33,933 nucleotides of DNA from the NCBI GenBank assembly GCA_000708835.1, contig DF237722.1, forward strand, positions 1-33,933, read 5' to 3'. Position numbers and translations under genes: made by a program. Position 1 is the first letter of the stretch. Each line of letters starts with the position of its first letter. The notes beneath the pieces were generated by a model, which saw only the letters and a program-made list of their open reading frames with translations, ran no database searches and was not told the origin of the DNA. Positions 32,511-33,933 of this stretch are shown here, piece after piece. This stretch comes from Klebsormidium nitens. Taxonomy: Eukaryota > Plantae > Klebsormidiophyceae.

Positions 32511-33933
32511 CTATCTTTGCTGGTGTTCTTCGGACCTATTGCGCCTCCTCCTACTGCCGATGGCCAGGAGCGGCAAACCCACCACGATACAGCCGCCAGC
32601 TATGCAAGCCACAATGATGATTCCGATGCCCCCAATGCCCCCGCTTTTCACCGCAGCAGGGGGCGGCGGCGGCGGAGCCAACGGGGAGGGGGGCGAGGAA
32701 ATGGCCATCACGGCGGATAGCATATAGACGCTGTTCCACGTGGTGCTCCCCAAATTGCCCAGCGCCATTTTTTGCGCCGTCGCGTTGTACGTCAGGCTGA
32801 TGTCATTGGGCACCACCGCCCACGTGCAGTTCGCGAAGCTGGCCACCTTGTTGAACTGGCCCGGGGCACAGTCGGTGTACTGGTGCACGGACACGAAGAA
32901 TGACGTCACCCACCGGTCGCCGACGCCCCGGAACTCGAGCGCGCCCTTCGCGGGCGCATAAGAATTGTTACCCCGCTTCAAGAACAGCAGCCCGGAGGCG
33001 ACCTTCACCGTCACCGTCCCACCGGCCGCTAGCAGCGCGCGCGCGCGCCGGCGCGCGCTGCTCTCGCCGCCGACCGGGGTCATCTCCCCGGGGAAGTAGG
33101 CGGCGAATGCGCTGATGCTCTCGTCCCCGTCAACCGTCGCCGAATAGGCAAACTCGCCGCCAAACTGGACGCTGCCGGCAGCTCCCTGGATCTCCCCGGT
33201 GGTTTGCGGATCCACTTCCTGCGAACTAGAGGGGACCTCGACTTCCGCGACGCTTTGCAGTTGCAAGACGTAGATGCCGTTCCACTGCGCGGGGGGGATC
33301 CCTCCGGTGCCCGCCGTGAGAGTCACCGGGTCGAACTGCGCGTACAGGCCGGCCGCGGTGTGCGCCCAGGAGCACGCCCCGGCCGTGCCGTTGACGGCGG
33401 CCTGCCACGCGTCAGCAGGCGAGCAGCCCATCGCTTGGAAGCCCTCGATCATGTACACGAAACCGTCCGGCGCCGGTCCGGTCACCGAAAAGGTGACGGT
33501 CCCCTCCTGAGGCTCGTAGAAGACGGTGCCAAAGACAGATGACTCTTGCGTCATGCTGAGCGCAAAGCCGTCGACGTACGCTTCAGAAGAAACGGACGTC
33601 CGCGCCGGAGCTGGGAGCGAGGCCTTGCCAAAGTCGACGATATTGATTGTAATCGGGGTCGCCAACGAGGCATTCGAGAACGAGCCCTCCTGATCAAAGG
33701 TGGGGGTCGTGGCACCGACCGTTGCTATTCTGTAGCTCGCCCCCCCGTTTTGCCCACTGCAAAAGCTCTTTGTCAACGGGTCGCACGGAATAGCGGGAGC
33801 GAGGGACGGAAGCGGCGCGGGGGCAGCGGACGGAGAAGGGGAGGGGCTTACGGATGGCGAGGGGCTCGAACTAGGGGAGGGCTCAGGACTTGACGACGGG
33901 GATGGGGTGGGGCTTTCCGATGGCGATGGGGAC
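32511..33933 (-). CDS. Single-pass (type I-like) membrane glycoprotein with Ser-Pro-rich stalk; 5' end lies beyond the window
   Basis: The frame is open from the window edge (SPSPSESPTPSPSSSPEPSPSSSPSPSVSPSPSPSAAPAP...) through a beta-rich T/S/G/A domain, RRRARALL, SPPSPLAPPPPPP and a hydrophobic helix IGGIGIIIVACIAGGCIVVGLPLLAIG, to a basic tail SRRRRNR. Strong GC3 bias. A 3' intron near 32525 is possible. Confidence 0.85.
   Translation of the reverse strand, partial: SPSPSESPTPSPSSSPEPSPSSSPSPSVSPSPSPSAAPAPLPSLAPAIPCDPLTKSFCSGQNGGASYRIATVGATTPTFDQEGSFSNASLATPITINIVDFGKASLPAPARTSVSSEAYVDGFALSMTQESSVFGTVFYEPQEGTVTFSVTGPAPDGFVYMIEGFQAMGCSPADAWQAAVNGTAGACSWAHTAAGLYAQFDPVTLTAGTGGIPPAQWNGIYVLQLQSVAEVEVPSSSQEVDPQTTGEIQGAAGSVQFGGEFAYSATVDGDESISAFAAYFPGEMTPVGGESSARRRARALLAAGGTVTVKVASGLLFLKRGNNSYAPAKGALEFRGVGDRWVTSFFVSVHQYTDCAPGQFNKVASFANCTWAVVPNDISLTYNATAQKMALGNLGSTTWNSVYMLSAVMAISSPPSPLAPPPPPPAAVKSGGIGGIGIIIVACIAGGCIVVGLPLLAIGSRRRRNRSEEHQQR

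Noticed and set aside
33204-33893. + strand ORFs of 60-115 aa
   Set aside because: Antisense shadows of the GC-rich membrane-protein CDS.
1-33933. tRNA, rRNA or other structured ncRNA genes
   Set aside because: No recognisable cloverleaf, rRNA or snoRNA signature by eye; tRNAscan-SE and Infernal would be needed to exclude them.

Overview
Eukaryotic, intron-rich genomic DNA (GC-rich exons, GT-AG introns). The LEAFY gene structure and sequence point to a charophyte green alga, most likely Klebsormidium (inference). Contents, left to right: (1) a truncated Ty3/gypsy reverse-transcriptase remnant; (2) a spliced + strand TRAFAC-class P-loop GTPase gene with a long Gly/Ala hydrophobic segment, 5' end unresolved; (3) a 22-exon - strand gene for an uncharacterised ~1,240+ aa charged/coiled-coil protein with a split DnaJ-type zinc finger; (4) head-to-head with it, a LEAFY/FLORICAULA gene with at least 7 coding exons and an LQSH-repeat N-terminal extension; (5) a perfect 40-bp palindrome; (6) a possible decayed spliced gene; (7) the 3' part of a - strand SP-rich single-pass membrane glycoprotein gene. 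The most unusual signal is recurrent: many introns hold tandem, progressively decaying copies of the adjacent splice site plus exon edge (up to 5 copies including the real one), forming arrays of decoy acceptors and donors. All exon models were built by hand from GT/AG signals and reading-frame phase continuity; none is transcript-validated.
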